The notes under the pieces are model-generated. The model saw nothing but the letters and a program-made list of their open reading frames with translations. It was not told the DNA's origin and ran no database searches. Made by a program: the position numbers and the translations under genes. A stretch of DNA of 63,540 nt, counting the filler, from Lenisia limosa (Eukaryota; Protista; Breviatea), in the NCBI GenBank assembly GCA_001655205.1. It is 8 parts of 8 records of this genome, joined end to end, with 100 filler letters (N's around TTAATTAATTAA, not from the genome) between each part and the next. Parts side by side here need not be neighbours in the genome. Positions count along the whole stretch, not along the records: positions 19,275 to 30,791 come from LPNZ01008359.1; positions 30,892 to 43,936 come from LPNZ01005143.1; 6 more parts are not named here. The stretch is one strand, 5' to 3'. This document shows positions 22,401 to 35,949 of the stretch, in pieces. Position 1 is the stretch's first letter, and each line of letters starts with the position of its first letter.

Positions 22401-24057
22401 ATCGCGCCAACAGTCTTAATCATGGAAATAGTCTCACAACATAGGATGGTTCAGCCTTCTGGTCTCTTCCCAGGCGCTGTCCTCAACCTGTTGCTTTTGA
22501 TCCCTCTGACAACCTCCACTTGAATTTTGTGTCTTTGTTCGCAATTGCATGGGCTAAGGTTGGACAGTACTACTTGTTTGGTCCAATTCGGCTTCTTTTA
22601 TGTTTTTAGATGTGGAATATTGCTGTTCCTGATTTGAAATCTGATGACACTAAGTCAAGAGTAAAGGTGTGTTTTGATTGCAACCTTTTTTATTTCTCAT
22701 CTCTATCTGATATACTATATGATATGAGATATACTATACACATTGTATTATGATATTTGAATCTAATACATCATAACCTTGTACTATCAAATAATAACAC
22801 ATCCAGTGACCGGGATATGTCTTGACCAATTCAATATGATTTCCAAGGAATATCGGTCAAGACTTATCCCGGTCAGTGTACGTCACTATTTCTGCTATGT
22901 TCTATTACCAAGACAGTTGGTAGCCGCAAATGCCTCAATTCCAGCTTCCGTCTCTGTTAGCAAGCACAAAAAGGTATATGATATATACTAGGCTGTATCA
23001 TTTGTTTATCCCTTTTTTATTTTTCCCAGATCTCCACCTCTGACAATGATGAATCTAACTCCTTCGTGGACTCCCCTTTGGTAAGGCTTAGAGGAAATTC
23101 ATCACACCTGTAGTTGACCCCCGAAGATGTACAGGATTTCGGCCGTATTGTTGAAACCGAGGTAAGTATCGAGTTTGATGTATTGCGGTGGGTATGGATC
23201 ACGTGATTGTTCTTGACCTTCAGGAATCCCCACGTCCGTTGTCTCTTTCCGGAGCTGATGGAATTGTCTTATCCGAACTTTCTGCCACTGCTGCTCAACT
23301 CAGGTTTAGCTGTCTTTTGTATTTGATCTGTTTAGATCAAAAATGTTCCGAGTACCGTCTGTTGAACTGTCGAAGTATGCTTGCGCTGTTGTCCGATAAT
23401 TCATATTTCAGGACCCATCAGCTATCAAGTGGTATTGCATGCTGTCCGTTCTCAACCGCTCTGACAGTGTCTGCCGTTTCTGCTGCAAACTCTACCAAGT
23501 TAATTCAGAAAAACAAAAACGTAAGGTAGCCTCGTAGGTTACTATATAGCTTGATGAATACCAAAATCTCTTCTTTGACTCTTCGGCCCCCTTCTACGTT
23601 TTTGCGGAGCCATCTGGTAAGAGTTAACTGTTTGAAGGTGACAACTCAGCTTGTGAGGTGTCTAAGATTACTGAAACTATTTCGTTTTCTTTGTGGGATT
23701 CTTGGACTGTCAACGCTTCGGAGCTACATGAAAAAACAGTGAAAGTTTGGATGGGGTTAACAAGAAATTATCGAGGAACTGGTTTAATCATTGTAGTGTC
23801 TTGTTGATACGCTGGAAAAAAAAGTTAGTGGTTTGGAGCTGGGCTCAATTTTCAAAGGCAGTGCAATGGTTTACCTTCCTTTGATGCCCAATCATAAACC
23901 GAGGCTTCAGTGGAGCTTGGACCAAGCATTTAAGAGGAAGTAAGTTGGTCTTTTGTTTTACTCCTTCAGAGATGAGGAGTACATGGATTTGATGGTATCC
24001 TTCGAGGACGATATGGGAGAAGATGTCAGCGTTCCAACTATTCGTCTTTATTTCTAA
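19439..24057 (+). CDS. Divergent ubiquitin-activating enzyme E1 (UBA1/UBA6-like architecture)
   Basis: VFIVGCDSLGLDICEALVYSGISSLKLYD (inactive adenylation domain), KHGLLDGQLVKISEVNGIPEVN (FCCH), VGLGPAG..TLVD (active adenylation domain), FPMCVLKSFP (catalytic Cys), C-terminal DEEYMDLMVSFEDDMGEDVSVPTIRLYF* (UFD). Confidence 0.9.
22804..22878. mobile_element. Family C MITE in an E1 gene intron
   Basis: cagtgaccgggatatgtcttgacc...ggtcaagacttatcccggtcagtg followed by TA. Confidence 0.85.
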
Positions 24058-24707
24058 TTGTTATTCCAAATAGAATATCTTATTGGAGAAGCTTTATTTG
24101 CAAAAGTGTCCTACACAATAACATAATACGAGGTTATCGTTTAAACCATGATATGCAATAATCAGAAACGATATCATCTTTCGATCAGCGATCCAATGGC
24201 GCATCCTATTTGCGACTCAATACCTTGCATCTCTCTCTTGTAGACCTGAAAATGTCAAATTGCGATATCCATAATAACAANNNNNNNNNNNNNNNNNNNN
24301 NNNNNNNNNNNNNNNNNNNNNNNNNNNNNNNNNNNNNNNNNNNNNNNNNNNNNNNNNNNNNNNNNNNNNNNNNNNNNNNNNNNNNNNNNNNAGCTTTTCG
24401 TGACATTCCTTGTCGCAAAGCTGACACAGTTTAAGGACGCAAGTGTTTTTAACCGTAAGCGTCTAATATCAGAACCCAGGTGTACATTAGTATTTTTACA
24501 AAAAAGTAGTAAAAGGAGAAGAGTATGGGTATTGATGTTGTTACTAACAATCCCTTACATCCCTCCATGGAGCGGGAATACCCTTACGATAGTGTTCAAC
24601 ATGTTGGTGTTACTATAATAAAGACCCGAATATTAACCACATTCATATATTTGACCACAAATAAGGGGATCTTTATGATTCGGGTATAATATGTACAGCG
24701 GCAGCTC

Positions 24708-25297
24708 TTAACATTTCAGACTTGTAGTAAAAACAGAAGCAAACATCCACCGCTCGAGCAGGAAGTAGCTAAGTACAAAATCATGATTTAGCTACAGAAG
24801 TGTGGTTAACAAACAACCTTGGATGTCAATATCCCCGATTCCTCCATAATACGTACTTGGGGGGACCCACAACAAAAAAAAACAATTAAATCCAACCTTC
24901 CCACAGTATCACATTGAAGGAAGTAAGAATATGTATGTGTAGAAAAATCATCATGTAATGTAAAAAATGAGCTAGATACAATTAAGTTTTGAAATGTTAC
25001 TGGATCTCTCTCTTCATTGTCATTTCCCCCAAGGCGAACCAATAAACAACCCCCGAAGCCATCTAAAAACTAACTACTAAATCACGAATCGACCAGACAC
25101 CAAACTTACCAAGTAAAGCGAAAAAATTTCTTCAGCAGTTTCTTGTGGATTGACCCCTTCTGGTAATATTGATGGTAGTTGCGCGAGCCAAAGGGTGAAA
25201 CCCAAGTCTTCACATACAAAATCCTGTCCTTCAATAAAGTGTAGCATTTACAGTAAGGTGAAAAATCGTGTGAACGTGTGGATATGCACGGCACAGA

Positions 25298-25328
<31 letters not shown>

Positions 25329-25434
25329 GAGAGAGAGAAAGAAAAGAGACAAAGAGAAAGAGAAAAGCTGGGAACTTTGAACTTTCCCTGGACGCCGGCG
25401 GGTATATTCTCGAATTACCTTCCTTATATTTCAT
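24708..25434 (-). CDS. Small hypothetical protein with hydrophobic segments (~105 aa)
   Basis: MKYKEG|QDFVCEDLGFTLWLAQLPSILPEGVNPQETAEEIFSLYL|MASGVVYWFALGEMTMKREIH|TYYGGIGDIDIQGCLLTTLL|YFLLERWMF..; phases consistent. Confidence 0.55.
25303..25350. repeat. Compound (CA)n(GA)n microsatellite
   Basis: cacacaca...cagagagagagaaaga. Confidence 0.9.
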
Positions 25435-25666
25435 GAGACCCGGGGCGCCCGGGAATTTGAACTTTGAACTTTGAACTTTAAAATAATCTGGGGGTATGCT
25501 CACCCTATAAANNNNNNNNNNNNNNNNNNNNNNNNNNNNNNNNNNNNNNNNNNNNNNNNNNNNNNNNNNNNNNNNNNNNNNNNNNNNNNNNNNNNNNNNN
25601 NNNNNNNNNNNNNNNNNNNNNNNNNNGCGCGTTTTCATATTTATCCAGTCCTTATACAAGAAGAAC

Positions 25667-26003
25667 ATGAGAGCGCCAGATGATTACTATGACAAACCAG
25701 CGACTAGGTTGAAGCGCAAAATACCGTACAAAGCTATTCTCCTTGCCTTTTTCCTGTTTTTGGGAGGTACTATTGCTTTAGTGTATGGTGTCCTTCTTGC
25801 AACAGGTTAGACTACTTCATTCGCATTCGCACTTACTATTATCAGGCTCTGTTCATGGGCCTGAAGTTTGGGATAGAGGAACCCCTCTTCTTGTAATTGG
25901 CAGCATCATGTTTATTCCAGGAGCTTACCATGTTTACATTGCATGGGGTGCTTGGAGTGGGACAAAAGGTTATTCTTATCATCAAATTCCCCACTTTGAT
26001 TAA
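25667..26003 (+). CDS. TMEM230: Transmembrane protein 230 family (UPF0414)
   Basis: KIPYKAILLAFFLFLGG..LVIGSIMFIPGAYHVYIAWGAWSGTKGYSYHQIPHFD*, one intron; matches the family KIPYKAI, PGxYH and GYSYxxIPxFD motifs. Confidence 0.92.
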
Positions 26004-26419
26004 CGTTTTGATTTTGTATTTTTNNNNNNNNNNNNNNNNNNNNNNNNNNNNNNNNNNNNNNNNNNNNNNNNNNNNNNNNNNNNNNNNNNNNNNNNNNNNN
26101 NNNNNNNNNNNNNNNNNNNNNNNNNNNNNNNNNNNNNNNNNNNNNNNNNNNNNNNNNNNNNNNNNNNNCAAATTTCTGTAAAATGAATTCACCCCATCAT
26201 TTGCCTCACAATTCTGTGTACACAGCTTCCTACGAGCCCCAGCATACTGACGTTATTTATCGTACTAAGAATCAAATGTTCTTGTTATTTCCAACTGAGG
26301 TGTCAAAATTCTAGGTATGGATACATTAATCATAGCATGGGAAAGAAATAAAACAGTAAGAAAACAACCTTTAGATCAAAAATAACAAGAACAGCAGCAA
26401 ACTATGGATATATATATAA

Positions 26420-28960
26420 CTAAAGCTGGGCGTTGGGAAGAAGAGCAGGGGTTGGGATGGTAACAAGATCGGGCTCCGCTGTAGGGAGAGGCGGCAATTG
26501 AAGAGGAGCCTGTTCAGTCAGAGAGTTAAAAAAAAACAGAATCAACATACCTGGGCAAAGAGGGAAGGAGGCTGGACCGCAGAAGGAACGGAAGGGAAGT
26601 TGATGAAAGGCATCGGCACCAAAGGCTGGAACTGCGGAACAAAGGATGGCTGCGAGAACGGCAACAGCCCCGGAGCAGGCATGATATCGGCAGCATCCAA
26701 TGGCTTCATTGCGTTGTATGCGGCATGCAGGGGGTCAATGTATGGCTGTGGAGGGGACATGGTCTGCCTCAGGAGAGGGGGAGAAGGGAGACCGAGTCCC
26801 TGGGGGGGAGGCGACAACGAAGGTGAGCTTGATGGTATCAACGTTGAGGACAGGGCTGTGAGGGCCGCGTTGACTGCTGGATTCACTGGGTCAATGGAAG
26901 GAAGCGCGCCCTCAACCTGGCTGGGGTCCTTGGGATTGAGAGCAATCCACAACCGAGTCTCAAGGGCGGTCTTTGAGCAGCCAGGGATGAGACCATGGAT
27001 GGCAGCGCGGTAGAGGGTCCTGGGTGAAAGCTCGTTCAAGATCTTATCACGCATTTCAGTGACAAGGCTGATCTGGGTCTTCACGTTTGTAGAAACCAGG
27101 CTCAGCTACACTATTAGCAGAACAAAGAACGGAATAGCAAACCAGAGACACCAAAGAGAGCGAGTTCGAGCCGATTTTCTGCCCTTGGTCGCCAGCGATG
27201 GAGAGGTCCTGAGTGACAACGTTCATAAGGGTGTTCAGTTGCTGCTTGCGTTCCTGGAGAATAAACCCTGCAAAGGGTGACTTCAGTACCCACCTCGTCC
27301 AGCTCATTGATTTTCTTGAGGTAAGAGGCCTTGATGCCAGATAAGTTGTTCAGCTCTGCCGGGGTGAAAATTGTTCCGGAGGGGTCTGAAAACAATGACG
27401 TTAAGAGGGTGTTTCCAGGGCACCTGCTATGTTAGAGAACTCAACTAAGGAAGAAATAATCCATACTTTTCCATTCCATTGAAGAGTCTTCCAAAGGACC
27501 TGATACTGCTTGGGCTGAGAATGGCTTTCATTCCGTTCAGTTCGTCATTGCTAAACAGTGAAAAAAAAGATACCAGTGGTAGGCGTGAAATGAATTGCCC
27601 TACTGGGAACGCTTGGCGATGTTGATAAAAGATCTGAGGGCAGAAATGGACTCAGAATCTGTATCTAGAGAGGGCTCTTCATTAACGTCCAATTTGCGGT
27701 ATTCTTGTATGCCGGGGGCATTGCGGTCATATTGCATTCCTCCATCTGGGACCATTCTAGAACGTCACTTAACGTCCAAAGCACTTTAGGAGACACAAAA
27801 AAACTCACAATGGCATTATGTCTGAAGGTGCATGGAAGTCGTGGAGTTGGTTGATTAAGTCAGCTTCCTGAGGCAAAGTCTGAAACATGAGCAAAATATT
27901 GTTGGCAAACCGGGTGGTCATTAGCATTCTTGTTCAAGGCTTCTGTCTCACCAATCATGTTGCATGCTCTCATGAATTTGGTGTGCTAAAAAACATGAAA
28001 TGAATCAAAACTTTTACCATGTCGGCTTCTTTCTTGGAGATGATTCTTCGTGCCAAAATACCTAGATAATCAAATGAAACGCACAACAATATATTGAACA
28101 GGCATTTTCTCAGAATCATTTGACCAGCATTCTCACCTTTCTTTTGGGCAAAATCAATGATTGCATGAGAAGCCTCCAGGAACTCCCTTTCAACAATTCC
28201 GGATGTGGCACTGCGAAATTGAGAAATTCCAATTGATGAGTAAAAAATGTTAAGTGGTCATATTCTTCTTCAAAGGAAGAGAGAGCCTATTTACCTAATT
28301 ACCAATGTTTATCGCTAAAAAGGATGAAGGGAAGAGAAGAGACACTTGAATATCGAAGATGAAGCAGTCCAAAACCACCTACCCATTCTTATCTGCCGAA
28401 AGTGCCATTACTTGTGATTTAAGTGATGTGTTTTCCTTCCTGAGGTCATTCTGCAGAGTCAACTTTCGAAAAAAATGATGACAAACCACAACGGAGCTGA
28501 GTCTAACGATCTCTCTGTCTTTTTCATACACAGACCTAAAAATTTACCGGCGAAAACAAAGAGGAAATAAGTCTTGTATTAGGCGCAATAACCAACTCAA
28601 GTTGAGCCTTTCGTATTAACCTCGACTTCCGAGCTGCCAATCTGTTGCGTTCTCTCCTAAAAAACAATAAACGATACAACTGCAACCAAAAAGAAGACCT
28701 GCGAATAGAAAGACCATTCTCAGAAATACCAAGAAGCATAAAAGGCTCAAACTTGGCCTCTATTACTTTTTACAAAATAACCAGATAATAATACTGGTCT
28801 GAGATCACAAAACAACTTCCGCGACAAGTCCGAGTTACTCTGATGCGAAGTTTCTTCACTAGCTCACCTATCAAGCATTTTCTTTGGTAAACGCCCTTCA
28901 TGCGGGTCAGAAACCCCCATTCCGAAAACAGGGAAGAAGCTTGGGACCGAATTTGTAGCT
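26420..28960 (-). CDS. bZIP transcription factor with long helical C-terminal region and Pro-rich tail (start uncertain, may extend to ~29400)
   Basis: Basic region RERNRLAARKSRLIRKAQLEL (N-x7-R) spliced to zipper LTLQNDLRKENTSLKSQVMAL; about 10 further phase-compatible exons to ...PTPALLPNAQL*. Confidence 0.75.
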
Positions 28961-29491
28961 GCAGCTTCTGAAAACTTAATTCATGTAAAACAAAGTCCAA
29001 AAAGGTCTTTAGAACATGCTAAATCCTACAAAACCACCCAAATACCCCAACCAAACCTAGAGAAACCACGTGGCCAACTACGGCTTGGTTTTGTGGTTTT
29101 TCTTCTGTATCCTCCTTCTCTTACAGCAAGTCTTCTTTTAGTTTTCTTTTAGTGAGAATTTTTGGGACGACGAGATATTGGGAGATGGTTTTGTTGGGGA
29201 TGATTTAGAGGAGATCCTGGGGCTGGTGGGGGTTTGAGTTTGGAGTTCACTGTTCGCGCTGCATAAACATGATATGGCTGTATTTCTTAATGGTTGACTT
29301 TCCCAAACTTTCTGCCTACACACCAAATACTTGCCGCGCAGAAGGGGTGGATGGGAGATGGTAACTCCAATTCCCAAAGATTATATCAGCTACTGAAAGA
29401 AAAGCTTAAGATATGCATTCAATGATAACACAAACTTGTAAAACCTAACCACCTTCCGTTACATGTGACCAACTTGTCCTGAAAATAAGGG

Positions 29492-30736
29492 TCACATAAA
29501 ATCGTCAAGGTCGTCAAGGTTGCTTGATGCACGAGGATCGGAAAGTCCAGCGTAATCCTCCATTGTTGCATCCCTATCGCCGATTAATTGATAAGTAGGG
29601 GGGGGGGGTAAAAAGCAGAATAGCTGTATGAATACACATCAACCAACCTGTCAACATTCACTTTAGGCCGTTTATCCCTCTTCATTGCCTTTGAGCTGGT
29701 AATATTAGAAGGAGCAAAAGGATCTCAAGGCTACACTGTCCCACCAACCCCCTTTCTTCCTTTTCACGCGCCATTTGCATTTGCTTGGTTGCAGTTGCAA
29801 GGTACTATGGGAATAAATGCATGGGGTAGAAAAATACTGCATCGCCACCACAACTGACCTTTAATTGATCAGCCCTGACTCCAGCACACATTGCAGTTAA
29901 AACACGCTCACAGAACTTGGTGTAATGCCTTGAACCCTAAAATACCAATTAGACTACACCTTCAAAGGGACTTACATTGAGGGGGTTAACTTGACTGGTA
30001 AAGGCATCAGCAACTTTGAAAAAGTCCAACTCTATACCATTAGAACAATTAATTCAAGAGATTCTCAATATCTACTCACCTGTTTTGGGAGGCTTCTCAG
30101 GGTCAAAAAGCCGGCCATCTGCCACAGTGCGCTTAGCAGCTCTTCCTGTCTTCACACTAGTGGCTACTTTTTTTTTGGCACATCTAATGTATAAACATAC
30201 AGATAAACATACCCAAAAAGTTCTTCGGTCAAGTCGTTGTCAGCCTCTTCAACAGCAAGTTGTCCAAGTTGCTATAGTGTAATTGTTTTGAAGTAAAATA
30301 AGCGTTTATGGGGTTCACTCTCTACAAAACCAACTTGTTCAGTAAGCTTGCTTCTGTCAGCACCGGAAAGACCCACTATATTGTGATGACCAAATAAAAA
30401 CAACTCAAAATCAACATCCACTCATACAATTTCTATTTTTCTCTTCTTGCTCTCTAATAAAAGATTTCGGCGCTTTCTGGTTTGCTAAAGAGATGTCAGA
30501 TATCTAAAAAGGAGAACGATCAACTACCTTTCTTTACCATCCCAAAGCCATCATCCGAGTCTTCATCGTCACTCTATATAATATTATCAATACCAGTCAT
30601 AAAATGACCTTACAAGCTTGATAGCCCCCACTGGAACTTCATCAACAGATGGAATATCTGGAATATCGAAATCGTCACAATCTAATCATGTTAGCAAACT
30701 ATAAGAAAATACATGTACCATACCCCAATCTGACAT
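29492..30736 (-). CDS. EIF3J: Eukaryotic translation initiation factor 3 subunit J
   Basis: MSDWDCDDFDIP acidic start, QLAVEEADNDLTEELFG, HYTKFCERVLTAMCAGVRADQLK, C-terminal DYAGLSD..LDDLDDFM*. Confidence 0.78.
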
Positions 30737-30890
30737 TTTGAAAAGGCTTTCTCTTTCAACGAACACAGGATCACAGTCAAGCATGGGGAGTNNNNNNNNN
30801 NNNNNNNNNNNNNNNNNNNNNNNNNNNNNNNNNNNTTAATTAATTAANNNNNNNNNNNNNNNNNNNNNNNNNNNNNNNNNNNNNNNNNNN

Positions 30891-33800
30891 NTAAATTTCA
30901 AAAAAATCACAGATAAAGGAAAATTCACAGATATATGGACGGTGTGATATAATCAGGAAACTGCCTTTTCACCATTAGGCCCATATCTTACGCCAACATA
31001 TTTGTCGAAATAGTAAAAAAACCGTCAAAGGAAATTCTGAAACAACTCCTGGGGCAGACCAGGCAGAGGCCGGTAATGACGTTAGAGAACAGGGACTTGG
31101 CACCACTCTCTGCGTTAACAAGTGCTCGCGAAAGAGAACCTGACATTTTTGTAAGTCTTGGTGTAACATCACTAGAAAAACGGAGGAATGTCAATGTGAA
31201 CAGACCTGACATCGGAAAACACGAGAAGAAGCCTCCAACAACATGGCAAATGGACAGGGCAACTAATTCCTGAAAGAGATTATCAGCCAAATTGCGTGTC
31301 GGGGAGCAAAATTCCAGAATAAAAGCAAGGAGGTAACAAAATGATAGACTTAGACCGTATTATTTATTGTCTTATCCCCACATTCCGTCCACTCACCTGA
31401 CCGTCATCCGTTGCTTCCTCGTTCCTTTCGGCAAACAGCTTGGCTACACCCACACTGAAGATGTAGATGACAACTGACAACGGCAGTCCTGTCACAAACC
31501 TAGCGGGTCAGAAAAAATGGGAGTAGCTAAGGATTATAATGAACTCTAATATATCTTAGCGTACAGTTCTTTGAAGTCATCAAATGAAGCTTCTGGCATG
31601 CTAAAATCAGGAACACCCTCGGGAAGGTCACCAACAGTCTAAAGCAATGATTAGTGTGCCAGAAAAAAAAAAAAAAAGTTGTATCTAGCAAAGATATCAC
31701 AAATGGTATTCATCATTAATATCATTTCAGCTGCTTTAATATGAAGACTACCCGCTTCCCACTTTGACACCCTTGCCGTCAAGGTCAATGAAATAAGAGA
31801 GTGCCGTCATGCTACCAAAGAGAAACAGAGTGGCTTAACCATAAGTAAAAAGGGGGGGGGGGGACACAGGCAGTACAAAGAAATGGAAAACATGAAATCT
31901 ATCTGTGCAGAATCAACAGCATAATAAAAGACTCAAGATGGAGCAATCCCCTTACCCATAGCCTTGTATTTCTTGAAGGGCTTGAGCCTGGCAATTTCCA
32001 GGAAGATGTAGCACATCACACCGAGGCCAAGAGTCAGTAAATGCGTGTCGCCGACCTGCGGTTATAAAAACACAGGGAGATGCAAAATATTAATACACTA
32101 AGTTCTAATAAACAGTTAATACTTGTATTTCATATCTTTTGGCGTAATTGTATTTGTATCAGGCACCTACCTTTTCACCCAGCTTGTAAAAGGTTTCAAA
32201 GGCTGAACTCTGAGGGAAGTTAGAAAGACAAATGAGGGAAGAAAGAAAATGAAATTGGTCCATATGTACCTATTGTCCGATTATGATAGGCGTCCCAACA
32301 AATTCCTCACCCACTCTCGGGATGGTGACTCCAAGAAAGTACTTGAGTTGAGAACTGAGAATGATAATGGCTGACGCGGAGATAAACCTAAGTGATCAGA
32401 AGTGATCAGAAGCAATCAGAAGCAATAAGAAGTTGTATTTATGCAAGTATGAGAAACAATTTCAAACTAACAAGCAAATATCCCAAGAATGGATGAATAT
32501 TGCATATAATCGGGCTTGGTTTCAAATTTTCAAAAGGCAACCACGATAAACTGGCAAAACTGATACTCCTTGTCACCACTCACGAATTCAACACCGGTTT
32601 TGAGATCAAGGAAACAAGAATAGGTCCGACCCTCAGGATGCGAGCAATCATGAAGTGTGCTGCCATAACCCATGAAAGCCCAATCATCAGCCTCATGTAC
32701 TTCGCCATTGCCTCGCCTTCCTGTCACGAATTAGAGTACAGGATCACTCTCATCCCCATATACGAGCCCCCCCCCCCACNNNNNNNNNNNNNNNNNNNNN
32801 NNNNNNNNNNNNNNNNNNNNNNNNNNNNNNNNNNNNNNNNNNNNNNNNNNNNNNNNNNNNNNNNNNNNNNNNNNNNCATCGGGGACTACAAGGTTAATCA
32901 GCTTATTGGAACCCTATTTTTTTATCATTGAAAATAATTGGAGCTTCATTTCTGTTCCACAGTGAAATTTCGGGAAAAAAAATCAACACAATCAGAGCGA
33001 ATAACAAGAAAAGACCAATGTATTCAAAACTAGGCAAAACCCACAATCAGTTCGCGAGCGACAATACAGGGAACAGCAACAGGTCCCACCTGAAATATGA
33101 GGAGTTGAACTTGATGTTTGATGGAACACAATTGTGGGATGAACCCTCAAGGAAGTCATCACAACCCCCCCCCCCNNNNNNNNNNNNNNNNNNNNNNNNN
33201 NNNNNNNNNNNNNNNNNNNNNNNNNNNNNNNNNNNNNNNNNNNNNNNNNNNNNNNNNNNNNNNNNNNNNNNNNNNNNNNNNNNNNNNNNGATAGTGAAAC
33301 CATGAATCATTGAAGCAGTTTTATGTCCACGTGTTTAAGTCTTGTTGATTTGTTTGTTTCTTTCTTGCATAGTCAATATTTATACCCCCCCTCCCTCACA
33401 GTGGAAAGAGTTGAAGCTCCAAAGAAAGGGTAGACAAACAGGGGAATCAGGCCCGTGTACAGCCTATAATAGACAATAAGTCGAAAGCCGTGGTATTTAA
33501 GACACAGCTCATTATAGTTCGATAAATAAGGCTGTTAGTGAAACGCGCCATCCAAACTGACCCGTAAACAGGGGGAAGGCCAGCAACGACCGCGTACGCC
33601 AAACCAGCTGGGACGAGTGCAAAGTACAGGACCAGACCTGCCACGAAGTCTCCCTGTTTAGTCAAATCATGATACTAGATGTATGTTTACCTTGAGGAAG
33701 GAACTTTTGTACTTTCTAACCCAGCTGGTGATGGGCATGAAGGAGAAGATCTTGCTGCATATGCCTTTACTGTTAGAGCAGGATGTTCCAGTCAAGGTGT

Positions 33801-33896
33801 TTTGTTAACACACACATCATAAACGGCCACCAGGGGCTTACCAGAAGAAACATTAGCGTTTATAGGAGGGGATAGCTCGGCAAGCCAAGTCAACAT
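30891..33896 (-). CDS. SLC26/SulP anion transporter, N-terminal part (remainder including STAS lost in linker gap)
   Basis: GDFVAGLVLYFALVPAGLAYAVVAGLPPVYG; SASAIIILSSQLKYFLG; QELVALSICHVVGGFFSCFPMSG. Confidence 0.9.
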
Positions 33897-34282
33897 TGTG
33901 ACAGGGGGTTCTGTCTTTTGGATTTTTTTTTGCCTGTTTGCTTGATTGCTTTTATTTTAAATTTAATTACACATACAATTTGACAGAAGAAAGGAAAGAA
34001 GGAGGAGGGAACTGGAAGAAGGGGAGAATAATTTTGAAAGCCGATTGTCGATCGTACTGATCAATATCTGAATGGGCATTGTTGTCCTGTTGCCCTTCTA
34101 GTCCTGTGTTCCCCCTCCCCCCCATGTATGAGTTGTGCATGAGGAGAGCCCCAAAGCCAGTTGAAAGTTGGCCCGTTGGCTCATAAGGTCATGGTCACAC
34201 GCACAGAAGAAACATACCATCACCATGGGACAGTGGAAATGAAATTCATCATCCACAATATAATAATAATCGACCATAAGGC

Positions 34283-35747
34283 TTAGAGGCACTTCTTGCG
34301 GAACTCATCCCAGGTGCTATCGGGGACGGGCTGGGGGGGGGGGGGATTAAAATTGGAAAATTTAGGAAACAAAAAGNNNNNNNNNNNNNNNNNNNNNNNN
34401 NNNNNNNNNNNNNNNNNNNNNNNNNNNNNNNNNNNNNNNNNNNNNNNNGGCTGACAAGACACAATGGGTGATAACAAAACCAACAAAGCCCAGACCCCTG
34501 CATCTCATTGTAAAGAGGTATGTTCAGAAAAGGAAAAATCCCAATAAGGTCTATCTGACAGATTATGTAATATGAAATTGCATATTGTAGGGGATTACAC
34601 TCAGATTACAAAATGAAATCAGCTATATCATATATAACATTAGAACTACATAAACTCCAAGGGTCTGCTGATATTCAATACATGATATACCTCAGCCTTG
34701 AGGAACTGGAGAACGTAGTCACGCATTCTGCCGCGGCTCATCTCAGCAACCTAGGTTTATCACGACAGGGAGAAACACTGCTAAAAGTCGTTTCCCAAAG
34801 TTCTTTCGATAACTTCTAATTTTGCAAATAATATCAGTATTATCCATGCCTCTGCTTTATTGCCTCGAACCACCAACCATATTCGTTTACAAAAACAATA
34901 GGAAAGAAGAGGTCAGGGTAGAAGGAACCACCAACCATATTCGTTTACAAAAACAATAGGAAAGAAGGTCAGGGTAGAAGGAAGGATGAATGAAAACCGC
35001 TTAAATGTCCGCGTTCCCAAATAGCCTACACGGAATCCAAGGAAAAGGTCACCCTTGAAGAAAGCAACAATGTAGTCATCTTGGTCCTTGTCATGCATAT
35101 CCATGGAGTACATGTCAACAGTCTAAACACGTAAGCAGTCAGACTGTCAAAACGATGGGAAACGACTGATGTTTCAATTTCAAACGAATGACCCCCAACA
35201 TCAAATTCAAAAACGCCAGGTCCATCATAAGAAAAGCGGTCAATGTGGTTGATGAGAGAAGTCAGCGTCCACTCATGAGCCTTAGCCTCGCAGCCATAGT
35301 GCTGAATCGTGAGCGATGTCAGTGAAATAACGGATGAATTGGAATTGGACCGACGGTAGTGTGGTAGTTGGTCTTCTCGTCAGCAAAGTGGTGTCCATTG
35401 TTGTGGGCATCCTGGTAGGCAACTCCCTTGACGATTAGGAAAGAGATGTCTGAGAGCAAGCTGGAATGTGTGCTTGAAATCAGGCAATAAAAGCAATCCA
35501 AGTAACCTAATTCCCAAACTTACAATAGATGAGTTGAAGAAGAGATCAACGGGAAGGCCTTGAGTTTTATCAGCTTCAAATACGGTGTAAGTGCACACAA
35601 ATTGGTCAGGAATCCTATGAGGAAGTTAATGACAACAAATAGTGCAACAAATAGCTCGCATGTGGCCTCAAAAACGCTTGCTTACGATGGAATAGAGAAT
35701 CCCAAGCCGAAAAGAACGGCAGCAATCACCAGTATCTTTGTCAACAT
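34283..35747 (-). CDS. Secreted protein with signal peptide (possibly ependymin-related fold)
   Basis: MLTKILVIAAVLFGLGFSIPS|IPDQFVCTYTVFEADK..; ends STWDEFRKKCL*. Confidence 0.65.
34866..34982. repeat. ~57-bp near-perfect intronic tandem duplication
   Basis: gaaccaccaaccatattcgtttacaaaaacaataggaaagaag(ag)gtcagggtagaag twice. Confidence 0.92.
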
Positions 35748-35949
35748 TATTTTATTAGTCTAGCTGCTTGGTTTTTTTTTTAATAGTGATGAAGGCCTTT
35801 TCTGTTTAAAAGTTTGCACAAAAAGGCAGAAAATATTTTTTATATCTCCATCCAGTATATAGGGTTGGACGCACAAGTACCACCCCAGCAAATACACCTA
35901 CTTTAACTCCTCATGGTTTGTGAGGGAGGAGTTTAATATACACGTATTA

